Shown one piece after another: positions 50,202 to 60,392 of a stretch of DNA of 64,000 nt (the stretch's first letter is position 1; every line of letters starts with the position of its first letter). The stretch spans positions 1 through 64,000 of the forward strand of contig JAOPTW010000047.1 in the NCBI GenBank assembly GCA_051532035.1, given 5' to 3'. Position numbers and translations under genes: made by a program. Source of the stretch: Fibrobacterales bacterium. Lineage in GTDB: Bacteria; Fibrobacterota; Fibrobacteria; Fibrobacterales; JAOPTW01. The notes beneath the pieces are model-generated. The model saw only the letters and a program-made list of their open reading frames with translations, did not search any database and was not told the DNA's origin.

Positions 50202-52031
50202 ATGAAATCAATGTTCTTACATCTATCCATTGCACTCATCTTTATACACTGCACAGAGACCCCACAGGACATACTATCCAACGAAAACTCATCGTCAGAC
50301 ACAGTAGAAAATTCCCTCAGCTACCACTACAGTGAAATATCCGCTGTATCAACTGAGTCTTCATCATTACCCACTGAAGCCCTCAGTTCAGAAGAAGTAT
50401 CCTCTTCATCTTTTGAAACTACCTCAAATACCTATTCTGAACGTGAACTCAGCAGCAATGAGCAAATAATTGAATCAAGCTCACATAAACCATTTAACCC
50501 CATAGATGGATTAAGAATTGAAGCTGAATCTGGTGAAGCACTCTCCCCCACTATTGACATGGCTGGAGTAGGGGCGACAGGAAGCTTTATACGTGTATTT
50601 AAGACAGGTGATGTTATTAAATACCCTTCGATTAATTTTGGCACCGCAACACAATCCCTTGTCCTCTATGCCGCCCAAGCCTATGATGACGCTCGAGTAG
50701 AGTTTCGAATTGATAGCCCTAATGGAACGCTAGTTGCAGATATACTTATGAACCAAACCGATAGCTGGACAAACTTTAAGCAACAACACATTTCAATAAA
50801 ACCCCTTTCCGGTATACATGATCTCTACATGATAGCTAATCATACATCCGGAGCAGGTGATATTGACTGGATACAATTCACTAATTACCCACTCGACCAA
50901 CCAATCGCCCCAGAACTTACTGCAATTTCGGCCGACGACTCAACAATCACACTCTCTTGGCTCGCATTTGACACCCTTGCATCTCACTACCGCCTGTATG
51001 CCGGAACATCTGACACCAAGCCCAGTGATCCTCTTTTCACTTTTACAGACACCACTTCTATTTTTACCATCAACAACCTTATCAGTGGCACTGACTATAC
51101 TCTGTGGCTCGAAGCCCACACAACATTCACTCACAGCGACGCCACCGCATCTTCCATGAGCACCACTGGAGAAGCCCCACCTAACCGCTGCCTCAACATC
51201 CCTCACTGTGCAGATGCATCGAAAGGTGAATGGACCCTTGTTGTGATACCAGACACCCAACACTATTCTCAAAATAGAGCTTCAGCACCAATAAGTCACA
51301 TGATTGAAGCATTTGACTGGTTGATAGCCATGAAAGACCAGCTCAATATTAAATTTGTGCAAGGCCTTGGCGACATTACTGAAACGTGGAATAATCGAGG
51401 TGAATGGAATGCAACATCAGAAGCCTGGAACAAACTCTATGGTGAGATTCCTTTTATTGTAAACCAAGGTAACCATGATGACCCAGGAATGCTTAATGAA
51501 TATTATCCAATTTCCAGTTTTAGCCATGAAGAGTGGTGGGGTGGTGACTACAATGGCACACTCAACACCTACCAGCTTTTCACTTTTTACGGAGAAAAAT
51601 ACCTATTTATCAATATTCAATCCTATGATCAATTTCTAAATGTTACCGATAAAGGCCCACTCCACTGGGCAAATGATATTATCTCACAACACCCTAATAG
51701 AAAAGTAATCATAGCAACTCATGACACTACTGAAAGAGACTGGGTAGTAACAAATGTTATTGAGCAACATGACAATATTGTATTAACCAATGCGGGCCAC
51801 TCATGTGGTAGAGAAGCCAATTGGACTACCACTGGCCCCGGAGGCGCAGTGTCCTATAACTATATGACTGACTATCAATGTGATGCAAATGAAGTGATGC
51901 TTCTTCGGTATTATATATTTAAACCGCTTGAAGACAAGGTGGACTTCTACACTTATTCCCCTATAGCAGATTCATATGAAGACGATGAAAACTCCCAGGG
52001 ATCCTTTCCTCTTATACAAATTGACCCATAA
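50202..52031 (+). CDS. Lipoprotein: Ser-rich linker + CBM6-like + Fn3 + calcineurin-like metallophosphoesterase
   Basis: Cys after the signal region; RIEAE...EFRIDSPNGTL...SGIHDLY...DIDW; WLA..YRL..LISGTDY; PDTQ, LGDIT, GNHD, ATH, AGH. Confidence 0.85.
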   Translation: MKSMFLHLSIALIFIHCTETPQDILSNENSSSDTVENSLSYHYSEISAVSTESSSLPTEALSSEEVSSSSFETTSNTYSERELSSNEQIIESSSHKPFNPIDGLRIEAESGEALSPTIDMAGVGATGSFIRVFKTGDVIKYPSINFGTATQSLVLYAAQAYDDARVEFRIDSPNGTLVADILMNQTDSWTNFKQQHISIKPLSGIHDLYMIANHTSGAGDIDWIQFTNYPLDQPIAPELTAISADDSTITLSWLAFDTLASHYRLYAGTSDTKPSDPLFTFTDTTSIFTINNLISGTDYTLWLEAHTTFTHSDATASSMSTTGEAPPNRCLNIPHCADASKGEWTLVVIPDTQHYSQNRASAPISHMIEAFDWLIAMKDQLNIKFVQGLGDITETWNNRGEWNATSEAWNKLYGEIPFIVNQGNHDDPGMLNEYYPISSFSHEEWWGGDYNGTLNTYQLFTFYGEKYLFINIQSYDQFLNVTDKGPLHWANDIISQHPNRKVIIATHDTTERDWVVTNVIEQHDNIVLTNAGHSCGREANWTTTGPGGAVSYNYMTDYQCDANEVMLLRYYIFKPLEDKVDFYTYSPIADSYEDDENSQGSFPLIQIDP

Positions 52032-52097
52032 AAAAGGAGGTCTTTTAGACCTCCCTACTAACATAAATTTGACTAAAGACAGCCCTAAGGAACTCTC

Positions 52098-53357
52098 TTA
52101 CCCTTCAACGATCCGTTCGATCTTACCGCCAAGCCCAGTAATTTTTTTCTCGAAATACTCATACCCACGATCCATATGATAAATTCGAGAGATATCGGTC
52201 TCTCCTTCAGCAACAAGACCAGCAAGCACTAGTGCAGCAGATGCACGCAAATCAGATGCCATCACTGGTGCACCACTCATATGAGCACCACCATTGATCG
52301 TTGCAATATTTTCGCTTAAAGCAATATCAGCACCAAGTCTCTGTAGTTCAGATAAATGAGAAAAACGGTCGTGATAGATATTATCTTGGACAATACATGT
52401 TCCAGGCACCGTCGAAAGAAGGGCCATAAATTGTGCCTGCATATCAGTTGGGAAGGCTGGATGTGGATTGGTAATAACATTCACTGGCTTTAGTTCACAA
52501 TCTCGGGCATCGACAATAACATAATCATCGCCAACTTCGAGTGCACACCCCATCTGTTCGAGTACTTCGAGCACTGCTTTAAGATCTTTCGGCTCTGCGT
52601 TAGTAATTTTTACTCGTCCACGAGTTATAGCACCACCAACCAAAAAGGTTCCCGCTTCGATACGGTCAGGAATTGTTTTGCCCTTACCTGGATTCAACTT
52701 TTCGACACCTTCAATAACCAATGTTTTGGTACCCACCCCCGAAATATTTGCCCCCATTCCAATAAGGTAATCACAGAGTGCTGTTATTTCTGGTTCCATT
52801 GCAGCATTATTCAATACCGAAGTTCCCTTTGCTAGGGTGGTTGCCATCAAGATATTTGCCGTTGCACCTACTGACGAGATAGGAAAGTTTATTTCCGCCC
52901 CCTGGAGTCGATCACAAGTCGCCTCGATATACCCATGCTTTACCTCAATATGTGCACCCAGTGCTTCCATACCTTTAATGTGTAGGTCAACAGGGCGAGG
53001 CCCCCAAGCACAGCCACCAGGCAGTGAGACGCGAGCTTTGCCAAAACGGGCAACCAATGGACCCAACACATAAATGGAGGCTCTCATAGTCTTAACAAGT
53101 TCATAAGGCGCTTCAAGGTGCGTCACATTTGATGAATCGAGTTTGAGCGAACCAGGAGAAGAATCAATCTTCATACCAAGAACACGCATCACATTACACA
53201 TTGTTTTCACATCTTTAAGACGAGGCACATTGGTAATTTCAGAAACACCGTCTGCAAGAAGGGTTGCAGCCAGAACTGGCAATACCGCATTCTTTGCGCC
53301 TGATATAACAACTTCCCCATCAAGTGGGCCACTCTTCCAAACCTTGTAGCTATCCAT
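52098..53357 (-). CDS. murA: UDP-N-acetylglucosamine 1-carboxyvinyltransferase
   Basis: ISGAKNAVLP, LPGGCAWGPRPVDLH (catalytic Cys), PDRIEAGT, FPTDMQAQ, DLRASAAL. Confidence 0.98.
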   Translation of the reverse strand: MDSYKVWKSGPLDGEVVISGAKNAVLPVLAATLLADGVSEITNVPRLKDVKTMCNVMRVLGMKIDSSPGSLKLDSSNVTHLEAPYELVKTMRASIYVLGPLVARFGKARVSLPGGCAWGPRPVDLHIKGMEALGAHIEVKHGYIEATCDRLQGAEINFPISSVGATANILMATTLAKGTSVLNNAAMEPEITALCDYLIGMGANISGVGTKTLVIEGVEKLNPGKGKTIPDRIEAGTFLVGGAITRGRVKITNAEPKDLKAVLEVLEQMGCALEVGDDYVIVDARDCELKPVNVITNPHPAFPTDMQAQFMALLSTVPGTCIVQDNIYHDRFSHLSELQRLGADIALSENIATINGGAHMSGAPVMASDLRASAALVLAGLVAEGETDISRIYHMDRGYEYFEKKITGLGGKIERIVEG

Positions 53358-54441
53358 CGATCAACTCTCCAATATTGCGCGCTGCAATTGCAGCAAATCC
53401 TTCACCATCCCGAGGCGTTAATTGATGTGAAATAGTCATCAAATCCTTAATAACCTGCTCTTCCCGGGAGAGTACCTTTGTAATTGCAAAAGATACAAAT
53501 TTCTTCAGTGATGACTCTCTCCAAAAGAGTAATTCAGGAAAAAGAGCACGATTGAGAAGAATATTAACGACCGACATATAGGGAATAGATACAAAGAGCT
53601 TGGCGATTGCATAGTTAATAAACCCCGCTTTATAGAGAATCACTGAAGGCACTCCATAAGCAGCCAGCTCCACATTATTGGTTCCCGGCACAGCCACTGC
53701 AAAGCGAGCTTTCCCCAATGCTTCATAAAAATTGGTTGTCATATGATGTTCCAGAAATAGGTTTTGTACCTCAGGATCTTTTGCCAAAAACTGAGGAATC
53801 ACCACCTCAATAGTCAGGCTCTCTGGAATAGATTGTTGCAACTGTGCGGCTACTGCTTTAAATGAGCGGGCATTAGAAACAACGACACCTTTTCTACTCC
53901 CCGGGACAAGTACAATCGTATCTCGAGAGGTATGAGCCACAGGAATCCTATCATACACCGGATGCCCCGCATAATAAACCTCAGCTCCAGCCTTGCGATA
54001 GAGTTCGGCCTCAAAAGGGAGCACTGTCTGAACCAACACATCTTTAAATGCGGTCACCCTCCCCCTTTTCCAAGCCCACACCTGAGGGGGGGCAATATAA
54101 TAGACAGGCACCATACTATGTTTGCACTGTTCGAGGAGCTTCATATTCAAGCCGGCATAATCTATAAGAATCACGCCGCAATAGCTCCCTGAAGCAATCT
54201 CACCTTTTGCCTGTTTAATAAGCTTTTTGAAAAAAGGAATCTGGGTAAACACCTCGACAAACCCACTCACCGCCACTTTTGCAAAGGGAACCAGTGGACT
54301 CAGACCCTGCTCAACCATTGCATCACCACCAATACCTGCAAAAGAACATCCAGGATACTGTTTATGAAGTTGTCCCATTACTGCCGCCCCTATAAGTACT
54401 CCAGAATGATCACCAGCTGAGATAAAGAATTTTTTAGTCAT
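53350..54441 (-). CDS. lpxB: Lipid-A-disaccharide synthase
   Basis: ISAGDHSG, GIGG, IDYAGLN, YYIAPPQVWAWK, LPFE, GHP, VPGSR. Probable ATG at 54441. Confidence 0.9.
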   Translation of the reverse strand: MTKKFFISAGDHSGVLIGAAVMGQLHKQYPGCSFAGIGGDAMVEQGLSPLVPFAKVAVSGFVEVFTQIPFFKKLIKQAKGEIASGSYCGVILIDYAGLNMKLLEQCKHSMVPVYYIAPPQVWAWKRGRVTAFKDVLVQTVLPFEAELYRKAGAEVYYAGHPVYDRIPVAHTSRDTIVLVPGSRKGVVVSNARSFKAVAAQLQQSIPESLTIEVVIPQFLAKDPEVQNLFLEHHMTTNFYEALGKARFAVAVPGTNNVELAAYGVPSVILYKAGFINYAIAKLFVSIPYMSVVNILLNRALFPELLFWRESSLKKFVSFAITKVLSREEQVIKDLMTISHQLTPRDGEGFAAIAARNIGELIDG

Positions 54442-55096
54442 TGAGCGCATCAAACATTGCGAGTAATCCTGAATAGCGGTAGTCTGCAGCAGGCTCGACA
54501 TCATCACTCAGCGTCATCCAGACCGTCGTCCAGCCAAACTCCTTTGCCGTCACAATATTCTCTCGTTTGTCATCAAGAAATACAATAGGATTCTCACTAT
54601 TCGGCACCACAGCATCGAGTACCTGCTGGTAAACCTTGGGATATGGCTTCCCCGACCAATTAAAAAATTCGATGTCGAAAATATCAATAAAGAGGTCTGA
54701 AATACCAATAGCATCGAGCCCCGACTGCGCCCAATCACGTCGTCCGTTAGTAAAAACCCACCGTCGACCGGCAATCCCACTCAAGTGCTCTCTAATTTTT
54801 ATACTTTTTTGTGGCTTTTTGATATTTTCACCTGAATGAATATAATCAAAAAAATCGTGAGGATTGACCTCGTAAGTGGCCCGTAATCCATTGAGAGTTG
54901 TGCCATATTTTCGCCAGTGTGACTTCCTGAGTTCATTGGCTTCTTTTAGGGAAATTTTCAAAAAATCGGCAATATATTGGGACATATAGACATCCATAGA
55001 GTCCAAAACATGGACCTCATCAAAGCCGTAAAGTGTTAGATCATAATCAAATAGCCAGATTGCCTTTTGATGTTTTATCAATTCTAAAAGTGTCAA
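54434..55096 (-). CDS. HAD-family pyrimidine 5'-nucleotidase-like hydrolase
   Basis: WLFDYDLTLY, YGTTLNGL, VFTNG, KPYP, FLDD. Confidence 0.85.
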   Translation of the reverse strand: MTLLELIKHQKAIWLFDYDLTLYGFDEVHVLDSMDVYMSQYIADFLKISLKEANELRKSHWRKYGTTLNGLRATYEVNPHDFFDYIHSGENIKKPQKSIKIREHLSGIAGRRWVFTNGRRDWAQSGLDAIGISDLFIDIFDIEFFNWSGKPYPKVYQQVLDAVVPNSENPIVFLDDKRENIVTAKEFGWTTVWMTLSDDVEPAADYRYSGLLAMFDALND

Positions 55097-55148
55097 ACTA
55101 CCCCCAAGCTATAGCAAAATGAGTACTTTTTTGCTATCTTTTCCTGCC

Positions 55149-56192
55149 ATGATAAAAGAAGACATCAAGTCATTATCCAAAGATGCGCTGAAAGAATTTC
55201 TCCTTTCGCACTCAGTTAAAGCATACCGTTCAGACCAAGTTTACTCTTGGATCTTTAAACAGTCTGTTTCAACATTTGAAGACATGGTCAACGTACCAGA
55301 AAACGTTAGAAAAATTTTATCAGAATCCTATACTCTCAGAACACTGAAAGAGAACAATCGCCAGGTATCAAGTGATGGGACCATAAAATGGACTCTTCGC
55401 ACCCACGATGACAAACTTATTGAAACAGTACTCATTCCAAGCTCCAAAAGACAATCCATCTGTATTTCTACCCAGGTTGGTTGCGCTATGGGGTGTAAGT
55501 TTTGTAGTACTGCCAAAATGGGCTTTATCAGGAACTTAAGTGTAGGTGAAATAATAGAGCAAGTAATGTTTGTGAATGAACATCTTGCTAATAAAGGATT
55601 GGCAATAAGTAACGTCGTTTTTATGGGTATGGGTGAACCGATGAGAAACGCTGATAATGTGCAAGCTGTGGTTCAAATACTACAAGATGATAAGCTTTTT
55701 GCACTTGCTCAGAAACGCATTACTGTTTCAACATCTGGTGTAATCTCAAAAATTTATGAGTTTGCCGACAAAGATACCCCGTGCAAGCTTGCTATTAGTC
55801 TTAATGGCACTAACAATGCGATGCGCGAGTCGATCATGCCAATTAACAAAGGCTACCCCCTCGAGAAACTTCTCGAAGCTGTTGATTACTATATAGAGAA
55901 AACGAATAACTATATCACGTTTGAATATATCTTAATTAAAGGCCTTACCTGTACCGAACAGGCTGCAAAAGAGCTTTTGGGCATTACCAAAGGGCGCAAT
56001 GTAAAAGTAAACTGCATACCAATTAATGCAGGGAGCGATAACGGACTTCAACCGCCCTCTGAAGAAGATGTTCAGAAATTTATCAATACTGTCAATCGTG
56101 GAGGTACCTATATTATTAAACGGACTCCTCGGGGACAAGATATTTTTGCAGCGTGCGGACAATTAGTTACACAACAACAAAAGGTTGCATAA
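55149..56192 (+). CDS. rlmN: 23S rRNA (A2503-C2) / tRNA methyltransferase
   Basis: CISTQVGCAMGCKFCST, VFMGMGEP, TVSTSG, FEYIL, RGQDIFAACGQL. Probable ATG at 55149. Confidence 0.97.
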   Translation: MIKEDIKSLSKDALKEFLLSHSVKAYRSDQVYSWIFKQSVSTFEDMVNVPENVRKILSESYTLRTLKENNRQVSSDGTIKWTLRTHDDKLIETVLIPSSKRQSICISTQVGCAMGCKFCSTAKMGFIRNLSVGEIIEQVMFVNEHLANKGLAISNVVFMGMGEPMRNADNVQAVVQILQDDKLFALAQKRITVSTSGVISKIYEFADKDTPCKLAISLNGTNNAMRESIMPINKGYPLEKLLEAVDYYIEKTNNYITFEYILIKGLTCTEQAAKELLGITKGRNVKVNCIPINAGSDNGLQPPSEEDVQKFINTVNRGGTYIIKRTPRGQDIFAACGQLVTQQQKVA

Positions 56193-56800
56193 TGTTAACT
56201 CAAAACTTACCTGATTTTTGGGAAAAATTATATTCAGAGAAAAAAGATTCTTGGACCATTGGCGCTACAACTCCTGCACTTATTGAGTTTATGAAAGAAG
56301 ACGCTTGCCCAAAAGAGGGGCGTGTACTTGTTCCTGGAGCTGGTCGCGGTAGTGATGCTATTGAATGGGCTAATCATGGATATGAGACTCTCGCTGTCGA
56401 TTTTTGCCCAACAGCTGTTGATGCCCTTGATTCTTTATCTCGCATACACGAAAACTTTAAAGCGCTTGATTCCGATATTTTTGACCTGAATCCAGATGAC
56501 CTCGGCCAATTTGATATGATCTTTGAATACAACACATTCTCTGCAATACATCCTGGTCGTAGAGATGAGTATTTCGAGGTTTGGTATAAAATGCTTCGTG
56601 ATGACGGTATTGTCATTGCACTCTTTTACCCCTTTACTCAAGGGAACACAATGCAAGGGCCACCACACCCGACATCAGAAGTTGAGCTCATGGCACGACT
56701 CGATGGCATTTTTGACATTGCAGACCGTATAAAAGTGAAAAGCTCTATCCCTGAACGGGAAGGACTTGAAGAGTTCTGGATTCTTAAGAAAGTTCTTTAA
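56192..56800 (+). CDS. TPMT-family / thiol-halide-type SAM methyltransferase
   Basis: FWEKLY..W, RVLVPGAGRGSDA, DIF, FEYNTFSAI, GPPH; ATG overlaps the rlmN TAA. Confidence 0.85.
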   Translation: MLTQNLPDFWEKLYSEKKDSWTIGATTPALIEFMKEDACPKEGRVLVPGAGRGSDAIEWANHGYETLAVDFCPTAVDALDSLSRIHENFKALDSDIFDLNPDDLGQFDMIFEYNTFSAIHPGRRDEYFEVWYKMLRDDGIVIALFYPFTQGNTMQGPPHPTSEVELMARLDGIFDIADRIKVKSSIPEREGLEEFWILKKVL

Positions 56801-56822
56801 TCCACCTATTTTTCTCAATCTT

Positions 56823-56858
56823 AAAAGCGACTCTCCTTAACCAAGGGGAGTCGCTTTT
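56823..56858 (+). terminator. Intrinsic terminator
   Basis: AAAAGCGACTCTCCTT..AAGGGGAGTCGCTTTT. Confidence 0.8.
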
Positions 56859-56969
56859 GTATATATCTTAAATTTCTACGGCATCTTTATTTGATTAATA
56901 ATATATTTAGGATACCTCAAAATTTTGTAAAATTGGCCTTATTGCCTTTTTTAAGTCAAAAAAGAGAAT

Positions 56970-57542
56970 ATGAAACCAACAAATAGTACTTTTGCTAAAT
57001 CGTTTCCCTATATGCTGCTTAATTTTTTACCAAAGCGGTACGTAAAAAGTATTCTCTTTAAAAGAACAGGCCTAAAATCTCAACCGGTTCAATTTGGTGG
57101 TAAAGGTACCTACAATTCAATACTGGTCATTGCACCTCATGATCCAAGTAGACTGAGTCGCCTCTCCCCTTTTGTTAATCAACTTATACAAGAAGTTGGC
57201 TCTAACAAAGTTCATATTCTATGTGCTCAGGAGCAAAAAGACATCGTTCAATCACTCAAGGTGGAACTCATCACCCTCCCCCTTGAACATTTCAAGTATG
57301 GAGACAAACGATTCAAAGCAATTGCGGCTCATATCCGTAAAAGCGCACACGACTTAGTAATCTATCTAGAAAATAGTGAATCATACCCTAAGCTCTTTCT
57401 CAGTTGTGTGAGTGGCGCTGAATACAGGGTTGGTATTAATTGTGAGAAGCTCACTCCCTTCTTAAACATTAGTCTAAATTTAAAGAGTGATAGTGAGTTT
57501 AACACGCTCTTTACCCAGCTGAAAATGCACGTAGGGATTTAG
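56970..57542 (+). CDS. Hypothetical protein resembling the N-terminal half of a GT9-like fold
   Basis: SILVIAP...HDLVIYL...SGAEYRVG pattern; only 190 aa. Confidence 0.55.
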   Translation: MKPTNSTFAKSFPYMLLNFLPKRYVKSILFKRTGLKSQPVQFGGKGTYNSILVIAPHDPSRLSRLSPFVNQLIQEVGSNKVHILCAQEQKDIVQSLKVELITLPLEHFKYGDKRFKAIAAHIRKSAHDLVIYLENSESYPKLFLSCVSGAEYRVGINCEKLTPFLNISLNLKSDSEFNTLFTQLKMHVGI

Positions 57543-57547
57543 ATTTA

Positions 57548-58429
57548 ATGGCAACAAACTACAGAAAAAAACGAGCACGACGAAATCAGCTCCCTCGAGA
57601 CTATGCAGATTTGCATATGCACTCAACCCTTTCTGATGGTGCATTTAGCCCTCATGCTTTAATAGATTTTGCAAAACAGAAAAACCTCAAGGCTATTTCA
57701 ATAACAGATCATGACAATTTTGAGAGTATTAATGTCGTTGCTGCCTACGCTGCAGAAAATGGTGTTGACTTAATTTCTGGAACAGAATTAACAGCAGTAA
57801 TGGATGCACAAGACATACATATACTTGCCTATTTTTTTGATCATACCAACTTACCGCTCAATATGGCAATTCAAGAACAATTAAAAATCAGACAATCCCG
57901 AACACGAGCGATATTAAAAAAACTTCAGACCCATGGAATCGATATATCCTATGAACGGGTTGTTAAAAATGCTAATGGCGGTGTTCTTGGACGCCCACAC
58001 ATTGCCCAAGCAATGGTGCAAGAGGAGTATGTTTCGAACTTCTCAGAAGCCTTTTCTAAATACCTTGGAGACAATGGTGCAGCATTTGTTGAACGCCGTG
58101 GTCACAATCCAGAACAAATTATCACTATCATTAAAAATGCAGGTGGAGTCCCCGTACTTGCACACCCCTACGCATCAAAATGTGATGACATTATACCACA
58201 CCTCAAAGAGGTTGGTCTTGTAGGAATAGAGACGTATAGTCACCTACAAAAAGGTCCCATTAACAGAAAGTACAAAGAAATTGCCACCAAATATGATCTC
58301 GTAGAATCTGGTGGATCTGACTTTCATTCATTTGAATCAGGTTGTGACATAGGCTCACTCAAGATGCCCTATGAGGTTGTTGAAAATCTAAAAGATAGAC
58401 TGGATCGCGATAAAGCGGAGTGGTTCTAA
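57548..58429 (+). CDS. PHP-domain phosphoesterase (TrpH/YciV-like)
   Basis: ADLHMHSTLSDG, ITDHD, GTE, HILAY, GRPHIA, VLAHP, GGSDFH. Confidence 0.92.
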   Translation: MATNYRKKRARRNQLPRDYADLHMHSTLSDGAFSPHALIDFAKQKNLKAISITDHDNFESINVVAAYAAENGVDLISGTELTAVMDAQDIHILAYFFDHTNLPLNMAIQEQLKIRQSRTRAILKKLQTHGIDISYERVVKNANGGVLGRPHIAQAMVQEEYVSNFSEAFSKYLGDNGAAFVERRGHNPEQIITIIKNAGGVPVLAHPYASKCDDIIPHLKEVGLVGIETYSHLQKGPINRKYKEIATKYDLVESGGSDFHSFESGCDIGSLKMPYEVVENLKDRLDRDKAEWF

Positions 58430-58449
58430 AAAAAGAACTCGTACGAGGG

Positions 58450-59523
58450 CTAGTTTTGAACCTCATACATACCATTACGCTCTACAGGGCTCAACCCTTC
58501 ATCCTTAATCATATTTTCAAGCTTAGAGACCGTCATACCAGTCCCACACCGTGCGCCAGCAGCGTTGGTGATTTTTTCTTCCATAATGGTTCCATCAAGA
58601 TCCGAAGCACCGCAGTGCAGGGATTTTCGTGCAGTATCAATACCTACTTGCATCCAGTAGGCTTTAATGTGAGGAACATTATGAAGATAAATTCGTGCAA
58701 CAGCTATGGTTTTTAGAATATCCTCTTCAGAAGTCATCTGACTCACCTTTTTTCCAAGACGTGTATTATCGGGATGAAATACAAGAGGAATGAAAGCGAA
58801 GAAACCAGCGGTTTCGGACTGTAAATTACGAATATATTCCATGTGTACAACACGATCACTGAATGACTCTATATGACCAAAGAGCATGGTAGCATTTGAA
58901 AAGAGCCCCAGTTTATGCGCTGCTTTATGAACCGCAATCCACTCATCAGTCGACTCTTTTCCCTTACAAATTTTGTTACGCATTTCAGGTTCTAAGATCT
59001 CGGCGCCACCACCAGTCAATGATTGAAGACCGCACTCTTGAAGTTCAGTAAGGACCGCCTCTACTGCCTTACCTGATATCGTACTGAAATGAAGAATCTC
59101 GATTGCCGTAAAAGCCTTAAGTATCACCTCTGGAAATAACTTCTTAAGCGTTCCGATCATAGTTGGATAGAAACTATAATCGTGATCAGGATGTAATCCA
59201 CCAACAATGTGGAGCTCTTGTGCCCCTCGTTCGACCGCTTCACGTGCTTTTTCGCAAATTTCATCAAGGGTCCACTCATAGGCTCCTTCATCTCCTTTAC
59301 GGATTTTAGAGAATGCACAAAATGAACAGCTTTTAATACAGATATTAGTGTAGTTTATTTGACGATTATTTACCCAATAAACTGAGTCGTGATGTTTCTG
59401 ACGTTTTACCGAATCTGCTAATTGATACAGGGTGTCTTCCGAGACCTCGGTAAAGAGATAGAGTGCCTCTTCATTAGTGATAGGGGTACCAGTATCGCAT
59501 TTTGTACGGATCGACTCGAGCAT
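58450..59523 (-). CDS. mqnE: Aminofutalosine synthase-like radical SAM enzyme (MqnE/CofH family)
   Basis: NYTNICIKSCSFCAF, ELHIVGGLHP, KAFTAIEI, GGGAEI, NATMLFGHIES, HIKAYW. Confidence 0.8.
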   Translation of the reverse strand: MLESIRTKCDTGTPITNEEALYLFTEVSEDTLYQLADSVKRQKHHDSVYWVNNRQINYTNICIKSCSFCAFSKIRKGDEGAYEWTLDEICEKAREAVERGAQELHIVGGLHPDHDYSFYPTMIGTLKKLFPEVILKAFTAIEILHFSTISGKAVEAVLTELQECGLQSLTGGGAEILEPEMRNKICKGKESTDEWIAVHKAAHKLGLFSNATMLFGHIESFSDRVVHMEYIRNLQSETAGFFAFIPLVFHPDNTRLGKKVSQMTSEEDILKTIAVARIYLHNVPHIKAYWMQVGIDTARKSLHCGASDLDGTIMEEKITNAAGARCGTGMTVSKLENMIKDEGLSPVERNGMYEVQN

Positions 59524-59638
59524 AGTTCTAAACCTGTATAAACTTAAGTTGCAAGGGGTTACAAAGATAATTAATTCGGGTCTTATGGGCCGTAAATAGT
59601 TACATTTTGAACATACTTGTACCGAAACACAGCGAACT

Positions 59639-60238
59639 ATGGATCACAACTGGATTGACATTATCTGCCTTGGCGCACTCACCTTTTTTTTGGTGACTGG
59701 AATTTGGAAGGGCTTTATCAAGGCACTCTTTGGCCTCGCATCAATTGTTGCCGGAGCTCTATCTGCCTTCTCATTCACCGAACAAGGTGTCGCTCTCGTT
59801 ACTAATATCTACCCAGATACTCCGGGGTTTACTCCCGTTATCGTAGCGGTCTTAATTTTTATACTCTCACTTATCGTTGTTCAGTATACAGGTAAGTACA
59901 TCAACACCCTTATCAATGCAACACCTCTTAATATGGCAAACCGACTTTCAGGAGGTGCACTGGGGATTATTAAAACTTACATATTTGCTATAGTTCTCTT
60001 TGGAGTACTCGAATATCTCGCGCCACTCAATGGCTCTCTCTTTGATTCCCTCAATGAGTCTGATGGCTACGCCGTATATACTAATCTTCCCTTTACCCCT
60101 GAAGATCTCTATGCGTATCCTGCCGAAACAGAAGTGGGAAAAAAGATTTCTGAGTCAGTTTCTGACCTCAAAGAGCGTGATGCTATCAAAAAAATTACCC
60201 ACGCCAATGAAACCCTGGATAAGCTCCAAGAGTTTTAG
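59639..60238 (+). CDS. CvpA (colicin V production) family membrane protein
   Basis: NWIDII...GIWKGFIK...NRLSGGALGIIK. Confidence 0.88.
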   Translation: MDHNWIDIICLGALTFFLVTGIWKGFIKALFGLASIVAGALSAFSFTEQGVALVTNIYPDTPGFTPVIVAVLIFILSLIVVQYTGKYINTLINATPLNMANRLSGGALGIIKTYIFAIVLFGVLEYLAPLNGSLFDSLNESDGYAVYTNLPFTPEDLYAYPAETEVGKKISESVSDLKERDAIKKITHANETLDKLQEF

Positions 60239-60392
60239 TATTTTGCCCTATTAGGGGTATATTTAATAAAATAGAGAAATTACACCCTCATTTTACGAAT
60301 TCTTTTTACAAACAATTTACAATTGAGTATAATTGAGTATCAGATTTATAGTGTTTTACCTATTTTAATACGACTAAGGGAATCTTTACAGA

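Noticed and set aside
58420..58716. 98-aa + strand ORF after the PHP gene
   Set aside because: It lies antisense within mqnE and has no independent coding evidence.
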